Source: Ramazzottius varieornatus (taxonomy: Eukaryota; Animalia; Tardigrada). Taken from it: DNA of 64,000 nucleotides. The position numbers and the translations under genes are program-made. A model generated the notes under the pieces. It worked only from the letters and a program-made list of their open reading frames with translations, was not told the DNA's origin and did not search any database. Below are positions 25,895 to 37,711 of this stretch, one piece after another; position 1 is the first letter of the stretch; each line of letters begins with the position of its first letter. The DNA lies in assembly GCA_001949185.1 (NCBI GenBank), contig BDGG01000012.1:860973-924972 (forward strand), given 5' to 3'.

Positions 25895-26564
25895 CCTGCG
25901 GAACGATGACCTGCAATTACATCGTTGTTCTTATCACATCTTCAACGTGGCAGTTAAAGCATGCATATTGCGCGAAAAGTTTAAGTAACCGCTTCAGTGT
26001 GGATATTTTTACCTTAATGGATCTGTAGGTGCCGAGCTGACGTTTGAACTCGTGTCATCTGAGACTGTGGAATTCGCGAAGTTCCGTCGCCGCGGTACAA
26101 TTACAGGAACTTCTACAACAGAAAAGCTCGATCACCCAGAGTAACGAAGTTTCGAGCCACGCTCAAAGATGGGCATTACGTACAGGATTCCCTGCTGTAT
26201 ATTATATTGATAGTTGCTTATGGTTTTCTGGTGTTTTTTTAACCTTCACAACAATAGCCCCATTTCGTTAAACTTCACAAAACGAGTCAAGGTTTTGTTC
26301 ATTACGACTACAAAGGAACATTAGTGGTCGTTTGAGCGGATATGGACAACAAGGGCGTATCCCGTCGATTAGGAGTGACTCGTGTTAGAAAACAGCCCTC
26401 CTAACCACGCGCCAGCCGAAATACAGGTCAAGGTAAAAACCGGCTCTCATTCGCACTGAAATTGACCGAACTCATAAGTCATAAATAGAGGGACGGATCA
26501 ATCAAGGTTGATAGATTTCTGTTGCTAAAGTTTGCTCGATCAAGGTCTTCGTTTCATAACTTAC

Positions 26565-26992
26565 TCGACATCCTGATGGCCTTACGCGCATATTCACAAC
26601 GCTGGGTATGAAGGTCCTGTAGTTCTCGGGAACTCTCCGCGGATCGCAGAGTTCGCTCGCTTACAAACAGATTGCAGTGAAAGCAGAATAACGCTTTCGT
26701 GTTGGTGATAAGGTCTGGAACACAAAACTTTGTTATAAGCAATCTGCTTTCGTAAGAACTCTGATTAACAGTAGGGCGATTATAGATACGTAACGAGATT
26801 GATATGAATTATCTGTGGTAATAACTGACCAGACACGAAGAACCCGGCCTCCGCAAGTTGCTCTACGGAGAAAGGACCAATCGTTCTTTCCCAAGAAAAG
26901 GTCCGCAGTCTCTTCTGATAAGATGCATAGTCTGGATAATGTGGAACGGTCAAAATCTCAGATGATTTGACTGCTCCAGCCCGTACGTCCAT
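26565..26992 (-). CDS. Degenerate single-BIR exons (separate IAP paralogue or 5' part of the 24240-25894 gene)
   Basis: HYPDYASYQKRLRTFSW..LAEAGFFVS|..LFCFHC..LHTQRCEY. Ends at a strong donor (A|gtaagt) at 26565. An upstream acceptor near 27033 implies further 5' exons. Confidence 0.65.
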
Positions 26993-27982
26993 TTCGAAGG
27001 CGGACGATGCCGTTTGGGTGAGACGCGGTTTCTGGAATAGGGAAATTCAGACGAGTGAAAGCCAACTTCCAATGAGTTAATCTACTAGATTCCTTTGAGA
27101 ACGTGACGGTTGTTGAGGGAAGCGTACGATTTATTTATGTTTCGGAGGCAGACGGAACCCGCAAATGCCAACATTTCCGCCTCGTCGTTCGCCGCATTGT
27201 TAGTTCTCAGTTGGCGACGATGGAATACCCGTGCAGTATCTAATCAGCCCGAACACCTCTGATTCATATACCTCGTAACGTTCAACAATCAAATATTTAC
27301 CGATGACTAGTCCGGTTGCCGTCGCGCATATTAAGGTACAGGAACGGCCTCCGGGTTTCTTTTCAGTTTTGACGATAACTCCACACAGCTCGTTCATCCC
27401 GGTCCGAAGTCCAGACTCCATTACGAAACGAGCAGATTCCTCTGGTCTCACTCCCGTATCTCCCTCCGAAAGGCCGACATACTGCGCAACCCCAAGAGAC
27501 TGGCAGCTTTCGATGCATCGTTATTTCCGTCCGAAATCGGAAAATCTCCTAATTTCGATCTTACAGAGTATGCGGATACGAGTAGCTCGTCCAGAAAGCA
27601 TCTCGATTCTCGACGAAACAAAAGGAAATCGCCAGATCCAAAGAACGATTGCGCGATTGCGATAAAATGAAATTCTGCTCACTGAAGAGCTCATTTGTCT
27701 CTTTGATTGTTTAATTGGCCAGTTTTCTTCAAGTATGATCCAATTGGCAACAAACAGCCATAGTCGAGAATCCCAATATCCAAAGAATGCAAAGATGATA
27801 TAGTTTTCCTAGATTTCTTTGCTCTTCCCTGGTGCTCTTCGGAATGTGGTGATTCTTGTCTGCTTTGTAGGTGAACGGTTCGGCCGGGCTTGGAAGCTGC
27901 CTGCTTCTGTGGAATCCGTCCGTCTATGCCCGTCATTCCTAACCTGGAACACATCTCGGCAATACGCTCTGATCCTGCCACC

Positions 27983-28321
27983 ATGCCACACAGCGTTCTC
28001 CTTCTCCAGACGACAACAGATCCGGGGAGCAGGACATACAGTGACTATGAATCTCAGAACGCCTGTCTACGAGAGATCTGCAATATCTTCGAAAGTCTAC
28101 TGCGCAAGAGCATGCCTGCAATGTCCAACATTACGTACGATATACGGGATCTGTACGACTTCATAGACCGCCTCGAAGACTTGGCCATTATCATATCTCA
28201 AGATTCACGAGGGTCTCGACTGTACCTGCCCAGAGGAAAGGAGTACATCAAGGAAGCCATCTATAAGCTGCTGCTGGAAGAGAGATCGAAAGCCAAGAGC
28301 CTGTATGATGCGCCGTACTGA
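27983..28321 (+). CDS. ERH: Enhancer of rudimentary homolog, divergent, intronless CDS
   Basis: gccaccATG context. MPHSVLLLQ..SRTYSDYES..C..FE..ITYDIRDLYDFIDRLEDL..YLP..KEYIKEAIY aligns end-to-end with the ERH family pattern. Confidence 0.88.
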   Translation: MPHSVLLLQTTTDPGSRTYSDYESQNACLREICNIFESLLRKSMPAMSNITYDIRDLYDFIDRLEDLAIIISQDSRGSRLYLPRGKEYIKEAIYKLLLEERSKAKSLYDAPY

Positions 28322-29097
28322 CGTCCGGCTACTGGTAATTGGTCAAGCTTTAGCATAGACTACATAGTATAGCTTTAGCATGCTATCGCGAGCACCGTAT
28401 CTTTCTCGGTTCGCTTTAATGGCATTTCTCCTTTCAGCAGGATATTCCCAAAATGTTTCACCACTATCGGGTGAGTTTAAGGAGATGTCTTGAGGGTCAG
28501 TTCATAATAAGTTTGGCGCCAAAGCCTTTGTGCAAGGTGTATCTGCGCTCCAAACTCTTATGAACTGATTCTTGAGAATGAAAGATTGATATCTCTGGAA
28601 ATATAATACTACTTATCTGAAGTTCTTCCGAATGAAAGTAATTGGGTTCATGCCTGCTCAGATGACGCCACTGTTCATGAGCGTTCCAGACTGGGCTAAG
28701 TTCAATCGTGTTTGCAGCAGACGCTGTGAAAACTCATGTTTTTTAAGCAGATTCCTATGAAACCTTTTCTGATGAGCAGCTGCTGCAGTTCGTATGTTCT
28801 TTGTTTTCGCCTGACGTGGGTCGGGAAAGAATGGCTTTCCTGGATCAGATTTACTGATAAAGAGTCCGAATTGATGTGCGGGATTATGGTTTGAAACAGC
28901 AGCACGAACAGTGCTCGGTGTTCTGTACAAGGTATTAGAGCCGTTTTTGCACAACTTGGAGGAAACAAAAAACTGCTTTCAAAAAGCTACCATCAAGACT
29001 CAAACGGGTAGAACCACTCTTCAGATGCAATGCGCAGCAAGAAAGTAAAAACTAAAAGTTCGAGAATTTGAATCAAAACGAAAATTTAAAGACTAAG

Positions 29098-31911
29098 TTA
29101 AGACAGGAATGTTTTCAGAGTGCCCCGTATTCCAAGTCGGCACTGGGGACACGTCCGGAGCAAGGGAGCACACTCGGAACAGACCTAAAGGACGAGCATG
29201 GCAAAGCTAATTTAGGAAGCAGTGGGAGTTCCACAAACCAAATCTCGAGCAATAGCCCGCGGAAAATGTTAGCTGACATACCATTAGATGTCCGCAGGGT
29301 AGGAACGCGATGGAAATTTCTTTATCACAGCAAATCTTGCACTTTCTCTGCTGCAGCAACCTCTTGTTTTCGGCTGTGAGGTCCTCGACTACGATAAACA
29401 AATTGAGCAGCCACATGGACAGTCGTATATGGTTCTTTTGACTCTTTGAAGGATCATAAACAAACCTGATTTCTTTGAATCTTTCTTTGAATTCTTCAGT
29501 TTGGCGAAGAAACTGCTGGCGACTTTGCCCGGAGATGAGCCTTCAGGCCTTTAAGAAGAACACAAGGGCGTAATTCATCACTTTTGAACTTCGAAGAACA
29601 CAATTCATCTGTCTGGTATCCGGCACGCGACAAACTTACTTTCTCCGGTTCTCGAGTTCAAGGACACTGTTCATCAGCTCTTCGACGTTGATGAAAGGTT
29701 TGGCAGGGCCAGGTATACACGCTGAGCGGCGTTCGCGGATTGCTTGTTCCACTGAAGGCAGAGGAAGACCCTGTTGCAAATTTCCTTCTTGTTAGCTGAG
29801 AAGGTAGAAAACACCTAATCATCGCAACGGAGTATTTAATTACCATTTCAAGCACTCTTCGAACCACGGATTCCTCATCAGCTGGTGCGACAGGGGTCGT
29901 CGGCGTAGACACTACGCTTAGCCGAAGTGCTCGCCCTGCAAGATAATGATACTTGCCACAAACAAAGAAAATGAAAGAAAGTACAGTAATTGAGAAGCCG
30001 GCATGCATTCTTCGGATAATCGTAATCTGAAGTGGCGCACGGTCCCACCAATAACAAAGACAACTGCGCCACTGCAGATGGCGATCATCCCAAAAGTGTT
30101 CGCCGACTTCCCAATTTCATTGAGCTAATACCTCGACTTCCGGCGGTCAGTCCACCATTGTTTTCAAGCACTGCCTTCTGAATATTCTCCACATAGTTGG
30201 CTCCCTTTACTTCGACAAGGTACGGACACTGTGGAAACCACTTTGCGTGCTCTTCCCACGCATCGTCAGAACTTGACCAACACCGAAGCCCGCCGTCACC
30301 TACACCATTATCGGAGATCTTGACTTATTTTACAGCGAAATTATATTGCTTATTTTTTAGTATTAGTCACTTACAGTGGAAACATCGTACGTTATCGTTG
30401 ACACCTTTGAAAAGAGCATTTCGAATTGATACAGAGAATGAGGGTGCGTCCTCCAAAACACCTTCAGGCTACGGCTGTTTGAATTATCCTTACCGGTAAA
30501 GAAGAATCCTGCCAGTGCCAGATGCTCGGGGACTTGTATGCGGTTCGACCAGTTCTTGAACGTCCCTAGACGAACCTGCGAATCAAAAAGGCTTACTATA
30601 ACAACGGAACTATTGTTAAATGAAGAGACAGCATATCCATTAAGTGAAATGACTAGCTAACCTGGTAGTTGGCTAGGTAAGGAGAGCAGGGGTACTTTGA
30701 CGGAACAATCTGCGGCACACCTGATCCGGACACGTCGATGCCACTGGAAGGAGCCGCACTAGTCGGCGAGGACTGTGTCGAAGAGTAGTCACTCCCATAC
30801 TCTTTCGCTTCGAAATTACACCAGGGAAAGTGCTTGCGGTGTTCTATTGCTGGATCATCGCCTCGCTGCCACGTACCTAAAAAAATGAAATGTGACGATC
30901 TAGTCTCTACCGGTCACAAATGAGCTACAGACAGACCCAAGATTCCGGCGCAATAAGCGCATCGAACTCTGTCTTGAAATCCCGTATAGAAGAAGCCAGC
31001 TGCCGCCAAATCTTGGAACTTGACCAGATGATGAGGGAAGTTCAGGAAAGATTTCAGCCGGTTCTTTTCGGACTTCATGTCCTGACCATCTGTCATCACT
31101 TCGGTAATAACGCTTCCGCAGGTACTTCTTCTCCGGGAAAGACTTCGGTACGCGCTGTCCACTGTGCCATAACGTGAGCAGGAAGATCTGGCACCTTCAC
31201 GAACCGGCTGCTGTACCAAGGAAGATGGCGTAGTCGGATGACTGACGCTGCTTCGAACATCGAATCCACTATCCATGGACTCCAAAAACTGAAGATGCAG
31301 CTTCGATTCGATTTCCGTCTTGAAGTACGGTACATTACTGGAACTTCCGCAGACAAAACTGCAGGTGGGAAAGTTCAGCCGGTGCTTCTTCATTACATCC
31401 TGAAAAACACCACATTTTCCAGAATCATTCTCCGCGGACTCTCACGCGCCTGCGTACATTGATTCGTGAATCTGTAACGGTTATGCATATGCCGGTAAGA
31501 ACTTACATCACCAAGCTGCCACTTGTCCAACTGGCCGCCACAAGAAAAGCACTGGACTGTATCGCCCTGTCCAGTGAAGAAGAATCCAGCACGAGCTAGC
31601 CGGTCCGTCGAGACCATGGACAAGGCGGGCCACCGAAGGTACGTCACTAGTCTTTCCTCTTCGTGCTCCATACCTTTCAATGGACAAACTGGCATCCGCG
31701 AATGAGGACTAGCAGGGCTTCGTCGTGTCGATAGATTATTCGCTGACCGTGTCAGCTTCTGCGACACTGCGAGTGTCGGTCGGGTCCGGGGCGGTACAAT
31801 CGCGGAGGTAGAACTAGAGGAAGTCACCATAGTGCACAGATCCAGCGCTTCTTTGATCCGGGACGAAATGGGTCTGGCATTCAAGGGTAGAATGTCCGGC
31901 TTCTTCGGCAT
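29098..31911 (-). CDS. Inhibitor of apoptosis, DIAP2/XIAP/cIAP-like (3 BIR + UBA + RING)
   Basis: BIR1 [25 protein letters not shown]2 [32 protein letters not shown]3 [35 protein letters not shown]|[28 protein letters not shown]. Confidence 0.92.
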
Positions 31912-33852
31912 CTATGAATATGGTTCCAGCCTGTGAACAGATCAAGTTATGGTATGTCTGCTTTCGATTCAACTTTGACATACGAAAGCACAATCTGCTA
32001 TTTCAGATGTTTGGCTACCGACTGCGCAAGACGGAAAAAAGTTCTCTCCTCTCAGGAAGCCCGGAGGCATGTCTCCCTGAGCTAGTCCGGAAGGCACGAT
32101 CACAGAACGGTCGTCACACGATCGACGATTGTACACCAGCCACCTCTATTACAAAATCCTGATGGCAAAACAACGATATCTACGCGCTTACCTGTAGCAA
32201 ACATGTTGTGCGAGCTCTCTGAAGCAAAGAACCAACGTCTTTCATCATTGTCCGTCCGCGCAGCATTCGTTGTAGAAAATTAAAACTTCAGTAACTAACA
32301 TGGAGTGCCTGAAAGCCGCAGTAACCGTGAGCGCGGTCGAAGGGCGAATCGTAGACGTAGTGAACAAAGCCACCGAGAAAACTCACCAACTCCCCAACCC
32401 TGTGAAGCCGCTTCTCCAAGCACGACCAAGCCGGAGGAAGAGCTCGGGAGAAAATTCCAGATGAAATGCTTCAGAGGAAAGGATGCAGAGTCCGGAGTTT
32501 TCTTCTTCGATCAGAAAATCCAAAACGCAAACATTGGAACAGCTGATGCGTAATGCGCATGCCACACCCAAAAGTCACAGACCAGACATCTGCGGATCTG
32601 TTGGGGCCCTGCTTTGGAAAATTTAGGGTCTGGGTGCCGTACGGCGATGCATTCACGCATTTGGCAGGCCGTCACACGGTTACTACCTGCAACATTATCG
32701 GATTCCCCTTTTCCGCTAAGGGAATTTCAGCTGAAGCCGTTTGAAACTTCAGTATAGAGATTGCGAGGACAGGTCAGGTCTCATAAAAAGCCACTCTCAT
32801 CTTTCGGTCTCATGTTTCGCCGGGTCGTGGGCCGGCTCGAACCCGCTGATTCGCTGCTATTGGCCGACTGGAAATCCGAGACTTGGATTCTGATACCGTG
32901 CCCGACTGGTCTCATGGAAAACCGAAATTTCGATAAGACCGATTTCTGAGACCATCCCCTAAATTATCCCCTCTAACTCTTGCGTATCTCTGCGTGTGCG
33001 ATAGCCTGAAGGCTGCCCCTTTCGTTATTTTGGACCACAGTGTGCGGTGCCCACCTTTTACATGGGATTGCGACATGTAAAATACACGCATCTATCCCTA
33101 CTCCAGCGGCGCACTTCTAGTTACATGATGCCCGAGGAATCGTGAATCTGCTATTATCTGTGAACTTGGCAGAAGGTTACTTCCAGATCATCAGAAACCA
33201 AGAGCCTGGCTAGCCGGCTGCTATTCGACGGACGAAAGCGATATGACTCTCGGACTGCCATGCAACCTCGGCGCAATAGGCACTAAGCAACAATGTATCA
33301 GGATTCCATGTCATCCACGATGGCCACTATCTTTCTGAAGCAGCAAGGCAGTTTGCGCTGATCCAGCTGCGTATGTCTGCGTTGGTTTGTTTAGCCGGCT
33401 AGCCAGGCTTAAAACAGTGGAAAGCTCTGCTCAAGTTGCTGCGGTGGGAAAACTTGAACAAGAAAACAGACGTCCCTGGCATTCAGTTAGCAGATATCTC
33501 CTGGATGTGCCTCCTTCGGCTTTCGCCCTCTCATGCGTGTTATCGTCCCCTTTGCTGTGTCATGGGAAATGTTAACGCTGGAGAGTCTGAGAAAGTCCAA
33601 GATAGTCAAGATACCGCTTAGTAACTTACATAATCCAGATTCACTAACTGCAGTTTCAATTCGCGGTCGGCACAGCAAGCATTGCGATCGCGAGGTGAAA
33701 TTTTTCACATGCACAGTTACCGACGACACATTCAACTCTCATAATACTTGATGAGGGAGGAGTTGATTTCTCCAAATCTGAGATTTTAACCCGAGACTCA
33801 CAAATATAACGGCAGTTTATGAGACCACACCTGTCCTCGCAAACTCTGTAAT

Positions 33853-35234
33853 AGAGAGGTTGATATTTGACTTGATGAGTGTTTAGCACAGGTTTAGCAA
33901 AGCAACAAGCCAATCGGAATAGACCACGGAGGCGGGCTAGAACCGATTGGACCCACTATGCTATGCAAGCTCTGAACTTTGCAAAGCGCATACGGGACGC
34001 TACTCCGATGTTTAGTGGAGCTTGCATAGCAATTCAGCTATTTCTCTCCGGGGCATGAATTACTGTCGGTAACACGAATCGTAGGGCAACACGGTAAATT
34101 TTCACCGTCGTCTACTCTCCGGAAAGACTTCGAAATTTTCGAACGGAAACTTTAAAACTTTTATTTCCATAGTTTTTGATATCAGTGGTAACGATGGACG
34201 AGTCGATTGCTGTCGATGGGCCAGACGCTCATGACCTGTCTATAGCAGAAACTTTCAGCTCAGGTAAACCACGGAGGGACTTCAGTCTGGAAGAAGAGAT
34301 TGCTTTATGCAACGAAATCGAGGAGAAGAAGCCGATATTTATTACCGCTCAGGCCGGCTGGAAAGATGTCAAGATCGCTATGGACGCCTTCAGCGGATTC
34401 CAGCGAGAAGTGCGATGCTACAAGCTCTACTACGATAACTTACTGATGAAGTTTTAAGCCAACGACAACAAAGCAAGATGGAAGAGTGGATAGAAGGAAA
34501 GTTTCACCAAGCTAAAGTTGGGCCTGGCGAATCTGGTCGCATTACGGCGTGACGCTGACATCGCAAACGCTGCTACGGACGATTAGATGATTGATTGGAT
34601 GATTAGATGCATTTTTCAGTGTGTTATTGTGAAGCAAACGATACCGTCAACTGTATCTTTATGTACAGCCTTGTGGAATTCTGCGTGCTGTCACTGCTGT
34701 GAGTCCTTTAACTGTAGCATTGGTACTTGGCTCTACTTTGAGGTTAACTGCAGCTTTACACTGTATGCTCAACCGCAACTTTGCACTGTATGCTCAACTG
34801 CAGCTTCATTCCCAGTCTCAATGTGAAAGTCAACTGTAGCCTTGAACGCACAGGGCTGACAGCTGAGGCCGGCTCAACAGGGGTTGTACCTTGCTTCTTC
34901 TTCTTGGGCTCGTTCTGGTTCTTAGAGAGGACCGTTGTCGAACTTTCTCTGGGAAACTTAAGGAGACGACCGCTACGGAGAGGCATGGTGTTCAGCTACA
35001 ATTTTCGAGCAAACTACACAGTGAAAGACTGAAAGTAGGGCAAACACACAGTTAATGGTAAGGCGGAAAATAAAATTAAAATTTATGGAACGCGTACATA
35101 CGTGAGGTATGCTAATCACGAGTTTGCGTAGTGCAAGTCGCAACCTCTGCTGGTTTAGTGTAGCCAGGGGGCGGAGCTTGCTCACTGTGCTAAACCTGTG
35201 CTAAACACTGATCAAGTCAAATATCAACCTCTCT
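33853..35234. mobile_element. Non-autonomous PIF/Harbinger-type element (~1.38 kb) with AAT TSD and decayed Myb/SANT ORF
   Basis: ~47-bp TIRs agagaggttgatatttgacttgat(g/c)agtgtttagcacaggtttagca at both ends; AAT on both flanks (33850-33852, 35235-35237). Internal ORF ~34193-34586 (RRDFSLEEEIALCNEI..W..V..LL.KF*..WKSG*) is Myb/SANT-like with two stops. Confidence 0.85.
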
Positions 35235-35385
35235 AATTTGAAACCTGGTATGAACGTTTTGATCGATTGAGACTTCCCCTACGATTCACGTTGCATATGG
35301 TCTGGAGTCTGAACTCTGCAGTTTGACAGTCCCGGAGTAAGGAAACACAAAGTAGCTATCGGACTCGTAACTCTTGGCGGAAAGG

Positions 35386-37711
35386 ATGTCGAAGTATATT
35401 GCTGGCGTATGGAACCACAAGAAGAAAGTGATCTTCTTATCTGGACTGACGGCATGGGGTGCAAGCTATGCTATCGACCGGCAGCAGTGAGTTAGACGAT
35501 CTTTAATCTGCGGAACTAAGTCAGTGCCTGATCCTAATGTATTTTGTAGTATCCATGAGGAGATGCGCGAGATGTGTTTGTATGCGAAGGTAAGTTGGCA
35601 ACATTATAGAGATACTACAGTATATACATATTTCACTTCCGGTGATGTTCAACAGGTTTGCTGTTGCAGACCATTGGAGATCAACCAGTTTTACCCGGTG
35701 ACAGGATTCGCAAAGCAGTGGTTATCCTGAACTACTCTGATCACAAAGGCAAAGCCCGGAAACTGTACGATAACTTCGCCGCACCTATCTTAAACCTTGC
35801 TGGGATCCAGCAGACCGTATATTCCACGAACGAATTATCCAGACTTCGCGAATACGTGGAGCACATGGAGGACGCCGATGCGGTCATATTTGCGGGAGGA
35901 GACTCGACCCTTTTCGAATGTTTACAGTCATTCTTCAAGCTGGACAGGCCCGCTTTAGTGAAAACTCCGGTTGGCATCCTTCCGCTCGGAAATTCTAATG
36001 TGACATACGATACCTTCAACATGGATCGTGCTAAAGAAGGCATGTGAGTCTTGAGTGCTTCTTCAATAACGTCTACCGAACGCTAAGAATCGTACTTCAT
36101 ATGCTATGCATGTTACAGCAAAATCGCGCATGCTGCAATGGAGATTGTGCGCGGAAAGCTGTTTCCGGCGGACGTGATGGAAATTCGGGTAATTTTTCCA
36201 TCTGTTTTTGATCACGAGCTAAGCTGTTATCCAAGAAGAACGCCTTGCTGAAAGAACAACCTTGTGCTGACAGTTTTAGTGCCGAATGTTTCGAAGTATC
36301 ATCTTTTGAAACGTTGCAGGTCGGAGATAAAGAAGAGAAGGACTTTGCTTTGACGAACCTGCAGTGGGGTCCTTTGAAGGATGTCAGACAAACGGTCCCA
36401 AAGTAAGCAAACTGGCTCTCTCTAGTAATGCTGATTATAAGAGGTTCTCTGCGCCAACGGACAGCTGTTCTTGACAGGTATTGGTACTTTGGCCCGTTTT
36501 CGTCCTGGATCGCGTTTGCAGTGGCTTCTTTAAGGGTATGTACGGTTGTACGCGCGTGGTGTTTCAAGTTGATCGCTTGATGGTCCGTCCGTCAACATTC
36601 TGGACTTGAAGAACCGCTGATTTTCAGGGAACGTTAAGAGCGAAAGTGACATTACCGATACAGTTCGTAAATGTTTGCGAGGGATGCGCGAGGTGCGAGT
36701 CCGTCGACGTTCAAGAATCGACGACCCAGACAGCTGAAAATCCTCGAGCTTGGATAGAAGCTGTGGTACCTAGACGTCGGATGGGTTAGTCAGATACTCC
36801 CTTGCGGTTTTTCTGTGCTGGCAGAACCGTTCGTTACTTTAAAGTGCCAATGATGCGGGACAGGTTTGGGTCCGGGTGCGTGTAAAAAGACCGCGCGGAT
36901 GGTGGGTGAAATATCTGGTCAACGTGTGTATCGATCAGCTGATCGCTATGACGTGACACATAACAGTCAAAACGGCGCGTACCGGGGGGATTCTTCACGC
37001 GGACCCGGACCAATCCTGTCCCACTTCATTGACACTTTAAAGTATTGTTTGCAGAAGTGTCCGCTGTACAACATCAGCCGGAAAGACGTTTCACTCATGT
37101 CAACGAAGACTGTGGGGGGATCCACGAGTCTACCCTGCAAGCTGTGGACTTTCAAGTTCTAACCCAAAACGCAGCTCCTGATCAGACGGTACATACCACG
37201 CTGTTCTTTCTGGTTGTTGGATCCAGCCCAGTATCAGTCATGCTCATAACCTGATAAACTCTATGATTATGTTTCCAGACGACCACACATGGGCTCGTAT
37301 TGTCAACCATTCCACAGCTAGGCTTCCAAGATTTCAGAGACCTCTCTGGAACAAGGTAGTGTACAGTGAGCCACATAATGCCGCACTTTTGGGTTGGTTA
37401 AAGGTTGAGTTTCTCGATCCAGCAGATTGAACCTTCAACGCTTATTTCAGAATCGACGCGGATAACGTGAAGGGCACAAATGACAGACAACGGGTTCGTG
37501 AGCTACGGATAAAGCCGACCGAACTAGACCTGGTAAAATCGTCGCAGAGAAACTGATCAATCTTTTTGCCTATACAGTTCACTGTTTTTGTTCCTAGGAT
37601 AAATACTCAACAATCGACATCGACGGCCACAGCGTGGGTGTCACTGGACCGATACATTCAAAGCTACACTCCAGAAAACTTTTGCTGTTCAACCACAAAC
37701 AAGCTGCCTAG
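35386..37711 (+). CDS. AGK: Acylglycerol kinase (AGK/Mulk), multi-exon
   Basis: N-terminus WNHKKKVIFLSGLTAWG. Then KAVVILN..GKARKLYDNFAAPILNLAG, AGGDST, PVGILPLG. C-terminus IDIDG..IHSKLHSRKLLLF..* matches the AGK layout. Confidence 0.85.

Noticed and set aside
32440-32730. kappaB-like words upstream of the 3-BIR IAP (gggagaaattcc, ggattcccc, gggaatttca)
   Set aside because: Plausible for an IAP, but these short degenerate matches cannot be told from chance without conservation or binding data.
34680-34850. Short actg(t/c)agc-type repeats that might suggest a CRISPR-like array
   Set aside because: Irregular degenerate micro-repeats inside a eukaryotic TIR element; no constant repeat-spacer period and no cas genes.
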